The translations under genes were made by a program, and so were the position numbers. Shown in pieces: positions 9,012 to 16,124 of a stretch of 32,000 nt of DNA. Under the pieces are notes generated by a model. It saw only the letters and a program-made list of their open reading frames with translations. It had not been told where the DNA came from and did no database searches. How positions within the stretch are numbered: the stretch's first letter is position 1; the number at the start of each line of letters is the position of its first letter. Location of the stretch: positions 1 to 32,000 of the forward strand of contig NZ_SCVC01000043.1 of the NCBI RefSeq assembly GCF_004297405.1, read 5' to 3'. Source of the stretch: Reyranella sp. (lineage in GTDB: Bacteria; Pseudomonadota; Alphaproteobacteria; Reyranellales; Reyranellaceae).

Positions 9012-9860
9012 ATGTTTCTAAAGTCTCTTTGCTCAGGCTTGGCCCGGCACTGGCCCACAATCCCCCAGTCAATGCTTGTTGTATGGGGCTTAACTTGGCT
9101 CTTGATCGAGCCGTCGGCGTTCTTCTTTCCATTTGCAAAAACGCTGGCCGAAACCTACGCACCGGAGGTAGTCGGCGGATCGTCGCTTGTGGCGATCATA
9201 TATTCAATTCTTGCCACCAAAGATCCCATACAGATCCACTTTCCCATTAAGACGACAACGACCGAGGTCTGGATAAGGTTCGGAGATCTATTCGAAGCTG
9301 ACGGACACGTCGTCATTGCCGTCAACGAGTTCTTCGACAGTGAAATCGGGCGACCAGTCGCCCCTAGTTCTGTTCACGGCCAGTTCATTACTCGTGTTCT
9401 TGGCGGCAATGCCAATCGATTTAACGCTGATGTCGACCGAAGCTTAGACGGCACTGCATCGGACATAGTTGACCGGCCCGAGGGACGACCCCGTCGCTAT
9501 CCCCTAGGCACAACGGCTATTCTTCATGAGGGTCGGCGGAAGTACTTCCTGTTTGCGTTGACCAAGACGGATCCGGTGACTTGCGAAGCGAACGCGGATG
9601 TACCTCAAATGTGGTCTGCATTGCTCAAACTTTGGGATTGCGTTCGGGTCGAAGCGAACGGTGAACGCGTCTGCATGCCACTAATCGGCGCCGGACTGGC
9701 GAGAATCAATTTAGAGCCCACCCATCTCTTGCGGTTGGCTTTGCTTTCGCTCCTTGTTCAGACCAGGAGCCGGACAATTACCAGCCAGATTGAGATCGTC
9801 CTACATAAGAGCCTTATTGGCAGGATCGACCTTCGAGCAGTGCGGGACGATTGGAGATAG
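9012..9860 (+). CDS. thsA: Membrane-anchored Macro-domain protein, type II Thoeris ThsA-like effector
   Basis: 282 aa. There are two N-terminal hydrophobic helices (MLVVWGLTWLLIEPSAFFFPF and VVGGSSLVAIIYSILA). Macro-like motifs follow: IRFGDLFEADGHVVIAVNEFFD (compare GDIT..DAIVNAAN) and VCMPLIGAGLARI (compare FPxIxTGxxG). The stop at 9858-9860 lies 1 nt before the TIR-like gene. Confidence 0.6.
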   Translation: MFLKSLCSGLARHWPTIPQSMLVVWGLTWLLIEPSAFFFPFAKTLAETYAPEVVGGSSLVAIIYSILATKDPIQIHFPIKTTTTEVWIRFGDLFEADGHVVIAVNEFFDSEIGRPVAPSSVHGQFITRVLGGNANRFNADVDRSLDGTASDIVDRPEGRPRRYPLGTTAILHEGRRKYFLFALTKTDPVTCEANADVPQMWSALLKLWDCVRVEANGERVCMPLIGAGLARINLEPTHLLRLALLSLLVQTRSRTITSQIEIVLHKSLIGRIDLRAVRDDWR

Positions 9861-9861
9861 C

Positions 9862-10416
9862 ATGGCATATCGCAGCGGCACATACGTCGCGTTCCATGCA
9901 GAAGGAACGTCGGATCCGACGGAATCTGACATGAAATACTATCGGCTTCTTCAAGCGTGGGACAAGAACAAGAAGTTCGACTTCCGTCTGGTCAACAGTC
10001 ACGACAAGGTGGCTGCAGTACGCGACACTAGCAAACGTGCAACCTTGGAAGCGAGCCTCCGTCAGCGGCTCAGTAACTCCCGGAACGTGCTTTTAATAAT
10101 TGGCAAGACGACCAAATTGGACGATGACTGGATACCGTTCGAGATTGCCTACGCAGTAGACAAATGTACGATCCCGATCATCGCAGCCTACACCGACTAC
10201 GTAACTGTCACAGCACCGGCACAATTGCGCGGCCTCTGGCCAAAGGCGCTGGCGCTTCGAATCGCGAACCAGACCGCGCGTGTCATTCACATACCATTCA
10301 AACAGGCACCAGTTACCGATGCGGTCGGTCAGTTCGATCACAACAACTTACCCAAAGGCGCTGCTAGCCACTATGGCGCGGACACCTACCGCGCGTGGGG
10401 ACTAGGGCATCAGTGA
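9862..10416 (+). CDS. thsB: TIR-like (DUF1863 / ThsB-type) protein
   Basis: 184 aa from the internal ATG, beginning MAYRSGTYVAFHAEGTSDPTESDMKYYRLLQAWD. It contains ...NVLLIIGKTTKLDDDWIPFEIAYAV, the W..FEI glutamate context typical of DUF1863/ThsB TIR-like domains. It is tightly coupled to the Macro gene. Confidence 0.6.
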   Translation: MAYRSGTYVAFHAEGTSDPTESDMKYYRLLQAWDKNKKFDFRLVNSHDKVAAVRDTSKRATLEASLRQRLSNSRNVLLIIGKTTKLDDDWIPFEIAYAVDKCTIPIIAAYTDYVTVTAPAQLRGLWPKALALRIANQTARVIHIPFKQAPVTDAVGQFDHNNLPKGAASHYGADTYRAWGLGHQ

Positions 10417-10956
10417 AGTGCAGGCACTAGTCCGACGCAAAATGCCACGAGGCCGAAGACCTGACACGTTTACTCGCTGACGCCGCTTTCTCAGTCAGTA
10501 GATCAATGCCCCAAGGACGTGACGCACTTATCGGGTCGACCCGCACGACACGCAGCGGCGCGCACTCGCCGAGCATCCACCCCTCGGCGATCGCCACGGA
10601 GACGACTTGGTCGACTGGAACCGTCAACTCAACCTGCGCCCCCATCTCCCCCGCCCGCGGACACCGCTCGAAGGCCTGAATCGAAATGGCCGCGAGTACC
10701 TCACGATTGCTCGCGAAGTCCTTTGATCTGTTAGGTGCCCTTTTAGTCGGCCGGACGATTGCTATTCTTTGTCCAGACTAGAGGCGCTAGCACTAAAATT
10801 GGCACCGCTCACAGATTTCACAGTGGGGCCGTCAAGGGTCACGGCCACGCTTGGCCAAAGGACCGTCGGAGTGGCCTCCGTTGAAGACGCGGCGCGCCTC
10901 ATCGGCACAAAAACTCAGGTTGGTCAGCGACAATTGTGAATACAGCCCAAGCACTT

Positions 10957-12336
10957 CTACCTTCCGAGACGAGGAATGCGTAACGATTGGCCCACATAGA
11001 TGCGATCTGGATGTTCTAGCTTGTCCAAGTTCGCCTTGAAGATGTCAGGTGCTTTAGTGTGGTCATTGTAATATTGCATCGCGATAGCGTTCAGGCCGTC
11101 TCCGGGCACAACACGGTGAATTGCCAGGATCTCCGTGGGAGGTTCGACGCCAACGCCCAAAGTCTGAGCGTCAAGGCCACTCAGGATGGCTGAGACGTTC
11201 GCCAGGGTCTTTGGTTTGTAGGCGGTTTTGTCCTTGAGGTTCTCGGGCTTGTCCAGCCAGCGCCTTCGGGCGCTAATGCTGACTTCGTGCAGAAGCTTGG
11301 GACCCGGAACACGGTCGACCTTGGGCAGCAGATCCATGATCCTTGAAATGATCCCAGGTCGTGCCACCGGGAGTGCGTTCTGAAGATGATCCTTGTAGTC
11401 GGGGGAAAGCTCGAAGATCCGCGATTGCGGCACGCCGTCGAACTCCAGGCCGCATTTTCGAGCGCCATCTAGAACCCAATCCAGCGCCTGATCTGAAAGC
11501 CCGCGCCGCTCACCACCACCACCAACAGCACCGTGCACGCCGGGGAACCAACGCTGCTGGTAGGGTGCGTCATCAGCTTTCTCGTCAGCGCCGACACCCA
11601 CATTCAGCTCAGCAACGTTGTCCCACAGGGTCGGCAGAAAATCACGCCGGTGTTCATCGATCGCCACGGCATGTCGTGCGCTCTTGATAAAGGGGGAGAG
11701 GCGCGTGTCGTGAAACTGATGCTGCCTGTTGAGGAAGGCGAGTAACTTGTATCGGGCTGGGATGCCGAGTGCTCCGACCGAGTCCCAGACCCCGAGATAA
11801 TCGATCTTCAGCCGGCCACTTTGGCCGGCCGTGTAGCCCTTCACGTTTGCGCACCGCCAAGCCTCATCTTCATCAGACACACATAGGGCAGGTGAGTAGT
11901 TGCTCCGGAATGCCATCATCTCCGCAGCAAAGGCGGTCGAGTCCCCTTTCCTATTCTGGTAACGCTCGATAGCTTCGGTGACCTTAGAAGCGTCGCTTCG
12001 TTGCAGGAGGCCGCAGGTACTCAGCATCCCCGCGAAGGAGCGTGCGGTGTAGGCCCCCCGTGAGAAGCCGAAGACATAGATCTGATCTCCCGGCGTGTGA
12101 TTGAAAATGAGAAAGCGATAGGCGTCCCCCAGGTTCTCGACCATTCCGGCGCCGAAGATGCCTCCGGTGTACTTCTCCCATTTTCCCGTGCCGATGCCCT
12201 CATCATAGAAGATGGCTTGAGCAGTACCGTCACTCGCCTGCGGGAGAACACTCTCGGCGGTAATAACAACGTTCGTCGGGTATGGCGCATCGAGGCGATT
12301 CCACGTCCCATCAAAGCAGATGACTAACCTCTTCAT
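10957..12336 (-). CDS. DUF2235 (Tle1-like alpha/beta hydrolase) fused to a C-terminal LysM domain
   Basis: 459 aa. The N-terminus LVICFDGTWN and the nucleophile elbow YVFGFSRGAYTARS (Ser92) are typical of DUF2235. The C-terminus HRVVPGDGLNAIAMQYYNDHTKAPDIFKANLDKLEHPDRIYVGQSLRIP is a LysM pattern. No signal peptide is visible. Confidence 0.75.
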   Translation of the reverse strand: MKRLVICFDGTWNRLDAPYPTNVVITAESVLPQASDGTAQAIFYDEGIGTGKWEKYTGGIFGAGMVENLGDAYRFLIFNHTPGDQIYVFGFSRGAYTARSFAGMLSTCGLLQRSDASKVTEAIERYQNRKGDSTAFAAEMMAFRSNYSPALCVSDEDEAWRCANVKGYTAGQSGRLKIDYLGVWDSVGALGIPARYKLLAFLNRQHQFHDTRLSPFIKSARHAVAIDEHRRDFLPTLWDNVAELNVGVGADEKADDAPYQQRWFPGVHGAVGGGGERRGLSDQALDWVLDGARKCGLEFDGVPQSRIFELSPDYKDHLQNALPVARPGIISRIMDLLPKVDRVPGPKLLHEVSISARRRWLDKPENLKDKTAYKPKTLANVSAILSGLDAQTLGVGVEPPTEILAIHRVVPGDGLNAIAMQYYNDHTKAPDIFKANLDKLEHPDRIYVGQSLRIPRLGR

Positions 12337-12599
12337 GACACCTCCGTAGCGCGGGGCATTACTAGGGAGCGCACGGCAGCGCGCAACTGACCTGAAACCG
12401 GCATCACGACTCCCCAGGGATAAGAAGGGCTGCCAGCTCGCTCGTACTGATAGACGATCATACTGGGCAAGTTGCGCTTGTCGTAAAGCTGGCTAAAGCG
12501 AAAGACGACACTGCGGGAGTGATACCCTATCCGACCAAAGCGACTAACTTGCTCATCGAGGCGCGCCACGGCCGTGCTGGCCCTCGAGCTAAACGGCAA
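12333..12599 (-). CDS. Hypothetical small protein, possibly co-translated with the DUF2235 gene
   Basis: 88-aa ORF whose TGA overlaps the DUF2235 ATG (ATGA, 12333-12336). No recognisable motif. Confidence 0.3.
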   Translation of the reverse strand: MPFSSRASTAVARLDEQVSRFGRIGYHSRSVVFRFSQLYDKRNLPSMIVYQYERAGSPSYPWGVVMPVSGQLRAAVRSLVMPRATEVS

Positions 12600-12641
12600 G
12601 CAGCGAATTCAGCCTGGTAAGGGCGGGCTTGGCGTAGGCAA

Positions 12642-12914
12642 ATGGATCCACTGACAGGGTGCCGGAAATGGTATCGGCCATCCCTTAATTTGACGGACGT
12701 CGTCGGAGACGTGAACAGGATCATTGATGCCAAGCGCCCTGACGCGCCATTTATGCTGGTGACCGACGGCATCACCTGGACGCGGCGGGAGTCGGACCTT
12801 AGCAAGCTTGTACAGCTGCAAATCGGCGGCCAGATCGCCCGGATCTACACCACCAAGATGGCGTCACAGTTCAAGGCCGAACTTGAGACGCTAAGGGCAG
12901 AATTGAAGATCTGA
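12642..12914 (+). CDS. Hypothetical 90-aa ORF; possibly the C-terminal remnant of a restriction endonuclease-like gene
   Basis: The segment FMLVTDGITWTRRESDLSKLV resembles the xxITDGxGW C-terminal motif I recall from DpnII/MboI-type enzymes. This is memory-level and weak. An in-frame stop lies 24 nt upstream of the ATG. Confidence 0.25.
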   Translation: MDPLTGCRKWYRPSLNLTDVVGDVNRIIDAKRPDAPFMLVTDGITWTRRESDLSKLVQLQIGGQIARIYTTKMASQFKAELETLRAELKI

Positions 12915-12961
12915 GTGCGCTCCAAGTCGGCCAGACATACCGTCCCTTGCGCCCGGACATT

Positions 12962-12982
12962 TTGTCCATATACTATGGACAA
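12962..12982. promoter_or_regulatory. Perfect 21-bp palindrome (9+3+9), candidate operator of the HTH gene
   Basis: TTGTCCATA-tac-TATGGACAA lies 20 nt upstream of the ATG at 13002. Extra half-sites are GGACA at 12955-12959 and TATGGAC at 13001-13007, which overlaps the start codon. Confidence 0.5.
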
Positions 12983-13001
12983 GCTGGAAGGGCGTTAGAA
13001 T

Positions 13002-13541
13002 ATGGACCGTAACGAATTACTGCTGGTGCTTCGAAAGCTTCGCCTCTCCCCGAAGGAGGCGGCCGGGCTCCTGTCGGTCGATCCCAAGACTGTAGCAAGA
13101 TGGATGGAGCGTGGAGCGAAAGTCCCTGGCCCCGCCGAACAGGCCTTGCGGGCATGGGCCAGATTGGCGGACGCAGGATTGCCTTGGCGGCCGCGGGAAT
13201 GCCTTATCGGTTTGTCGGAAGCAGATGCGGCCGAGCAGATCAGATTGCTGCGCGAGCACAATCTGGCGCTCGACGACATGCTACGCCGTGTAAAGGCCCG
13301 CGGTGGACCCGCAGCTCCGTGGATGGTCGACCTGGACAACCACACCGCGGAACTCGGTGAATCGATGAGGCTGTACTTTTATGCGCTCCCCGATGGCGGA
13401 TTTTCTCCTTCGTCATACAGCCGATTGGACCGCGACCCAAACTACGAACGCGACTGGCCGCTAATCGAGGATGCGATCGCCAGTATCGCCGAAGCGATCC
13501 GTGATGCAGGCCCTCGCTGGTATAAGCGTGCCAATGTCTGA
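13002..13541 (+). CDS. HTH DNA-binding protein (XRE/MerR-like N-terminus) with unknown C-terminal domain
   Basis: 179 aa. LSPKEAAGLLSVDPKTVARWMERG is a helix-turn-helix pattern. Third-position GC looks coding. The stop overlaps the next gene's start by 8 nt (ATGTCTGA). Confidence 0.7.
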   Translation: MDRNELLLVLRKLRLSPKEAAGLLSVDPKTVARWMERGAKVPGPAEQALRAWARLADAGLPWRPRECLIGLSEADAAEQIRLLREHNLALDDMLRRVKARGGPAAPWMVDLDNHTAELGESMRLYFYALPDGGFSPSSYSRLDRDPNYERDWPLIEDAIASIAEAIRDAGPRWYKRANV

Positions 13542-14286
13542 TCCATTGGACGAGACGCCGGTCGACATGGCGATTCGGTTCCAGAGCGGGCTGATCGCAT
13601 CTGCGACGGGTAGTGCATTCGACGGCGGCGGCGACGCCTACAAGCAGCTCCGTCACTATTTCGCGTCGCACCTCGACACGAAGGCAAAGCTGGTCCGCCG
13701 GTGCAGCGACCTCGGTCAGTTCTGGGGCTTCATAAAGTACGAGCGCGCAAGGTATGCTGAACGTCGCGATTTGGTCTGGGACGCCTTTCGGCCCTTAATC
13801 GAGCATCTTGAAGCAAATGACCGGCCGCCGGGTTCCGAAGCCATCGGCCCCGCACTCCAAAGGTTCGACTCCGAACACGTGGCGGCCGCCTGGCAGAAGG
13901 CGCTCGATCGCCGCGTGGCGGATCCGGAAGGGGCGATCACCGCGGCGCACACCTTGCTCGAGACGGTCTGCAAGCATGTGCTGGATGTCGCCAGCATTCC
14001 ATGCTCCGCCGACGCCGACCTGCCGAAACTATGGGCGCTTGTGGCCGAGCAGCTAAACCTGGCCCCTCACCAGCATCAGGAAACTGTCTTCAAAGCCATC
14101 CTCGGCAACTGCCAGGCCGTGGTGAACAATCTCGGTACAACACGGAATCGTGTTGGCGACGCCCACGGCCATGGCCGCAATCCGGTGAAACCAAAAGCGC
14201 GGCATGCAGAGCTTGCAGTCAATCTTGCTGGCACGATGGCTTCGTTCATCGTGTCGACCTGGCAGGAGCGTCAGGAGGCCAAATGA
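13534..14286 (+). CDS. Abortive-infection family protein with Abi_C (AbiJ-like HEPN) C-terminal domain
   Basis: 250 aa from the internal ATG. It contains DPEGAITAAHTLLETVCKHVL ... LPKLW ... LGTTRNRVGDAHGHG ... RHAELAVNLAGTMASFIV, which matches the Abi_C pattern. RNRVGDAH is an Rx6H HEPN motif (R204-H211). Confidence 0.7.
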   Translation: MSDPLDETPVDMAIRFQSGLIASATGSAFDGGGDAYKQLRHYFASHLDTKAKLVRRCSDLGQFWGFIKYERARYAERRDLVWDAFRPLIEHLEANDRPPGSEAIGPALQRFDSEHVAAAWQKALDRRVADPEGAITAAHTLLETVCKHVLDVASIPCSADADLPKLWALVAEQLNLAPHQHQETVFKAILGNCQAVVNNLGTTRNRVGDAHGHGRNPVKPKARHAELAVNLAGTMASFIVSTWQERQEAK

Positions 14287-14314
14287 CACTCAGACCAGAA
14301 AGGAACACGGACGC

Positions 14315-14575
14315 ATGATCGACGTGCCAATGGCCTACGGCTCACACCATCGCATCACACAGAGCGTCAACGACGTGCGCGTCAGCCTCGTTCCTGGCCC
14401 AGAAGTCGAGTTGACGGCGTTCGTCGTTCCCGATTCCGGCATTTCGAACTTGTCGTCCCTGCCGTCAGCAAGCATCACGATCCACATGGACGTTCCGTCC
14501 GCGAGAGAGCTTCTCTCACAGTTAATAGGCATGTTCCAGGTCCAGGGCTGGCCGCTGCCTCGCGAGCACCGTTGA
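14315..14575 (+). CDS. Small hypothetical protein (86 aa)
   Basis: Internal ATG with AGGAA 9 nt upstream. GC-rich third positions. It lies 28 nt after the Abi_C gene and 76 nt before the TIR gene. No motif recognised. Confidence 0.45.
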   Translation: MIDVPMAYGSHHRITQSVNDVRVSLVPGPEVELTAFVVPDSGISNLSSLPSASITIHMDVPSARELLSQLIGMFQVQGWPLPREHR

Positions 14576-14651
14576 TGGGCGCAGGGTCGGGCCGGCGCGA
14601 GGCGACACACGAAACGAAGAGAACCATCAGGTCCAAGAGCCGAGAGACGCC

Positions 14652-15599
14652 ATGCCAGTGACAGTATTCATTTCGTACTCGCATGCAGATGCCGCGGTGC
14701 TTGAGCGTCTGCATAAGCATCTTGCGATGCTGCGTCGCGACTCGATCATCAAGGCTTGGACCGACCACGAAATCCTTCCAGGTGACCGCTTCGACGCCGT
14801 CATCAAGAGCAGCCTCGAAAACAGCGCATTGTTTCTGGCGCTTGTCAGCCCTGACTATCTTGCTTCCAACTATTGCTATGAGAAGGAGTTTCAGCACGCA
14901 TTGACTCTCATGAAAGCCGGGCGTCTTCGCATCGTGCCGATCATCGTAGAACCGTGCGACTGGCAAAACTCGCCCTTCGGCCAGTTCATGGCACTGCCCA
15001 AAGATGGAAAGCCGGTTTCGGATTGGACCAACGCGAACACAGCCTATCTCGACGTCGTGGGAGGTCTCCGAAGGTTCCTGACGGCGCCTGCGCCTTCGTT
15101 GACAACTGAGATCAGAACGGCTCCCGGCAACGCCGCACCTCGGCGCGTACGGGTCAAGCAGGATTTCGACTCGATTCAGAAGGCCGAATTCACCGACCGG
15201 GCATACGAGATCATCCGCAACTATTTCGAATCATCGTGCAAGGAGCTTACCGAGGTTGGAGAGGGCACTCTGAAGGCGAAGTTCGAAGCGATGAACGCCA
15301 CGACCTTCACCTGCACGGTCATCAATCGAGCGAAGAAGTCCGCCGAGGCACACATAACCATCCGCAATTCCAAAGGTGGTGGAGGTTTCTTCGGCGACAT
15401 CAACTACGTCTATGAGCGCCATGCGCCCGGCAATATATCCAATGGCCACGTGGGCGTGGAAGCAGACGACTACAGTCTCTATCTGACCTTGGCCAATTTC
15501 TCTTCTGGCCGTTCACGGGAGGACAAGTATTCGGCCGAACAGGTCGCCGACCGACTGTGGTCCGATTTGGTCAGCCGGGCGGGCATTGAGTACGAATAG
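14652..15599 (+). CDS. TIR-domain protein with about 170-aa C-terminal domain of unknown function
   Basis: 315 aa. The N-terminus VFISYSHADAAVLERLHKHL ... LFLALVSPDYLASNYCYEKEF is a bacterial TIR_2 pattern with Glu77/Glu79 at the catalytic-Glu position. After about residue 140 I recognise no motif. Confidence 0.8.
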   Translation: MPVTVFISYSHADAAVLERLHKHLAMLRRDSIIKAWTDHEILPGDRFDAVIKSSLENSALFLALVSPDYLASNYCYEKEFQHALTLMKAGRLRIVPIIVEPCDWQNSPFGQFMALPKDGKPVSDWTNANTAYLDVVGGLRRFLTAPAPSLTTEIRTAPGNAAPRRVRVKQDFDSIQKAEFTDRAYEIIRNYFESSCKELTEVGEGTLKAKFEAMNATTFTCTVINRAKKSAEAHITIRNSKGGGGFFGDINYVYERHAPGNISNGHVGVEADDYSLYLTLANFSSGRSREDKYSAEQVADRLWSDLVSRAGIEYE

Positions 15600-16124
15600 A
15601 CACGAGTGTTTTGAAAGATGCTTTCCCTTTGACACGGCGGCCAAAACCGCTCGGTGATGAGAGACCTTACGGAAACAAGCGGAGCGCGCTAACCAGAGTG
15701 TATGGTGATTGGATTTGCGCAATCAGACGGCAAGTTGCGAGAAGTCCCTCAGAGGACACAGAGCGGACAAAAAGAGGGCTTGGGCGGCCGAATCTTAAGA
15801 GGGTTTTTTCCCGAGTGGAACGGTCCGCCTGCTTCATCTGGAACGTTACGAGGGCGGCGGCCCGCTCACTGCGTGATGGTCGGCCGGCGTCCCGCGGCTC
15901 GGCTGCACAACGGCTAAATCCATCGCATTAAGGTAAACCACATCCGCTGACAGTCGAGAATTACTCACCTCGACGTATACCAACGCGGCACTGTCCCGCA
16001 GATCATTTCGACGACTGCAAACTCCCGTGCCATGGCCACCACTCCTAGAGCCGATGTAATTCTATCTACTTAGGCGCGAGCTAATATTCTTGATTAATTC
16101 TGGGCGCGCACCAAGCTCGTTCAA

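Noticed and set aside
8668-9250. ORFs 8668-8916 (-) and 8747-9250 (+) upstream of or overlapping the Macro gene
   Set aside because: They are mutually overlapping and Arg/Ser-rich. The plus-strand one runs out of frame into the well-supported 9012 gene. The 8-bp hairpin stems at 8860-8890 were also judged unremarkable.
10427-10770. Minus-strand frame open for about 110 codons (track lists only 72 aa from MGAQVELTV...)
   Set aside because: The upstream open part has no plausible start and no motif I can name. It is probably a decayed fragment between the convergent Thoeris-like and DUF2235 genes.
15611-15931. 106-aa ORF in the TIR-to-Zn-ribbon spacer
   Set aside because: It is highly basic and low-complexity, with no RBS and no motif. 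The spacer is treated as non-coding.
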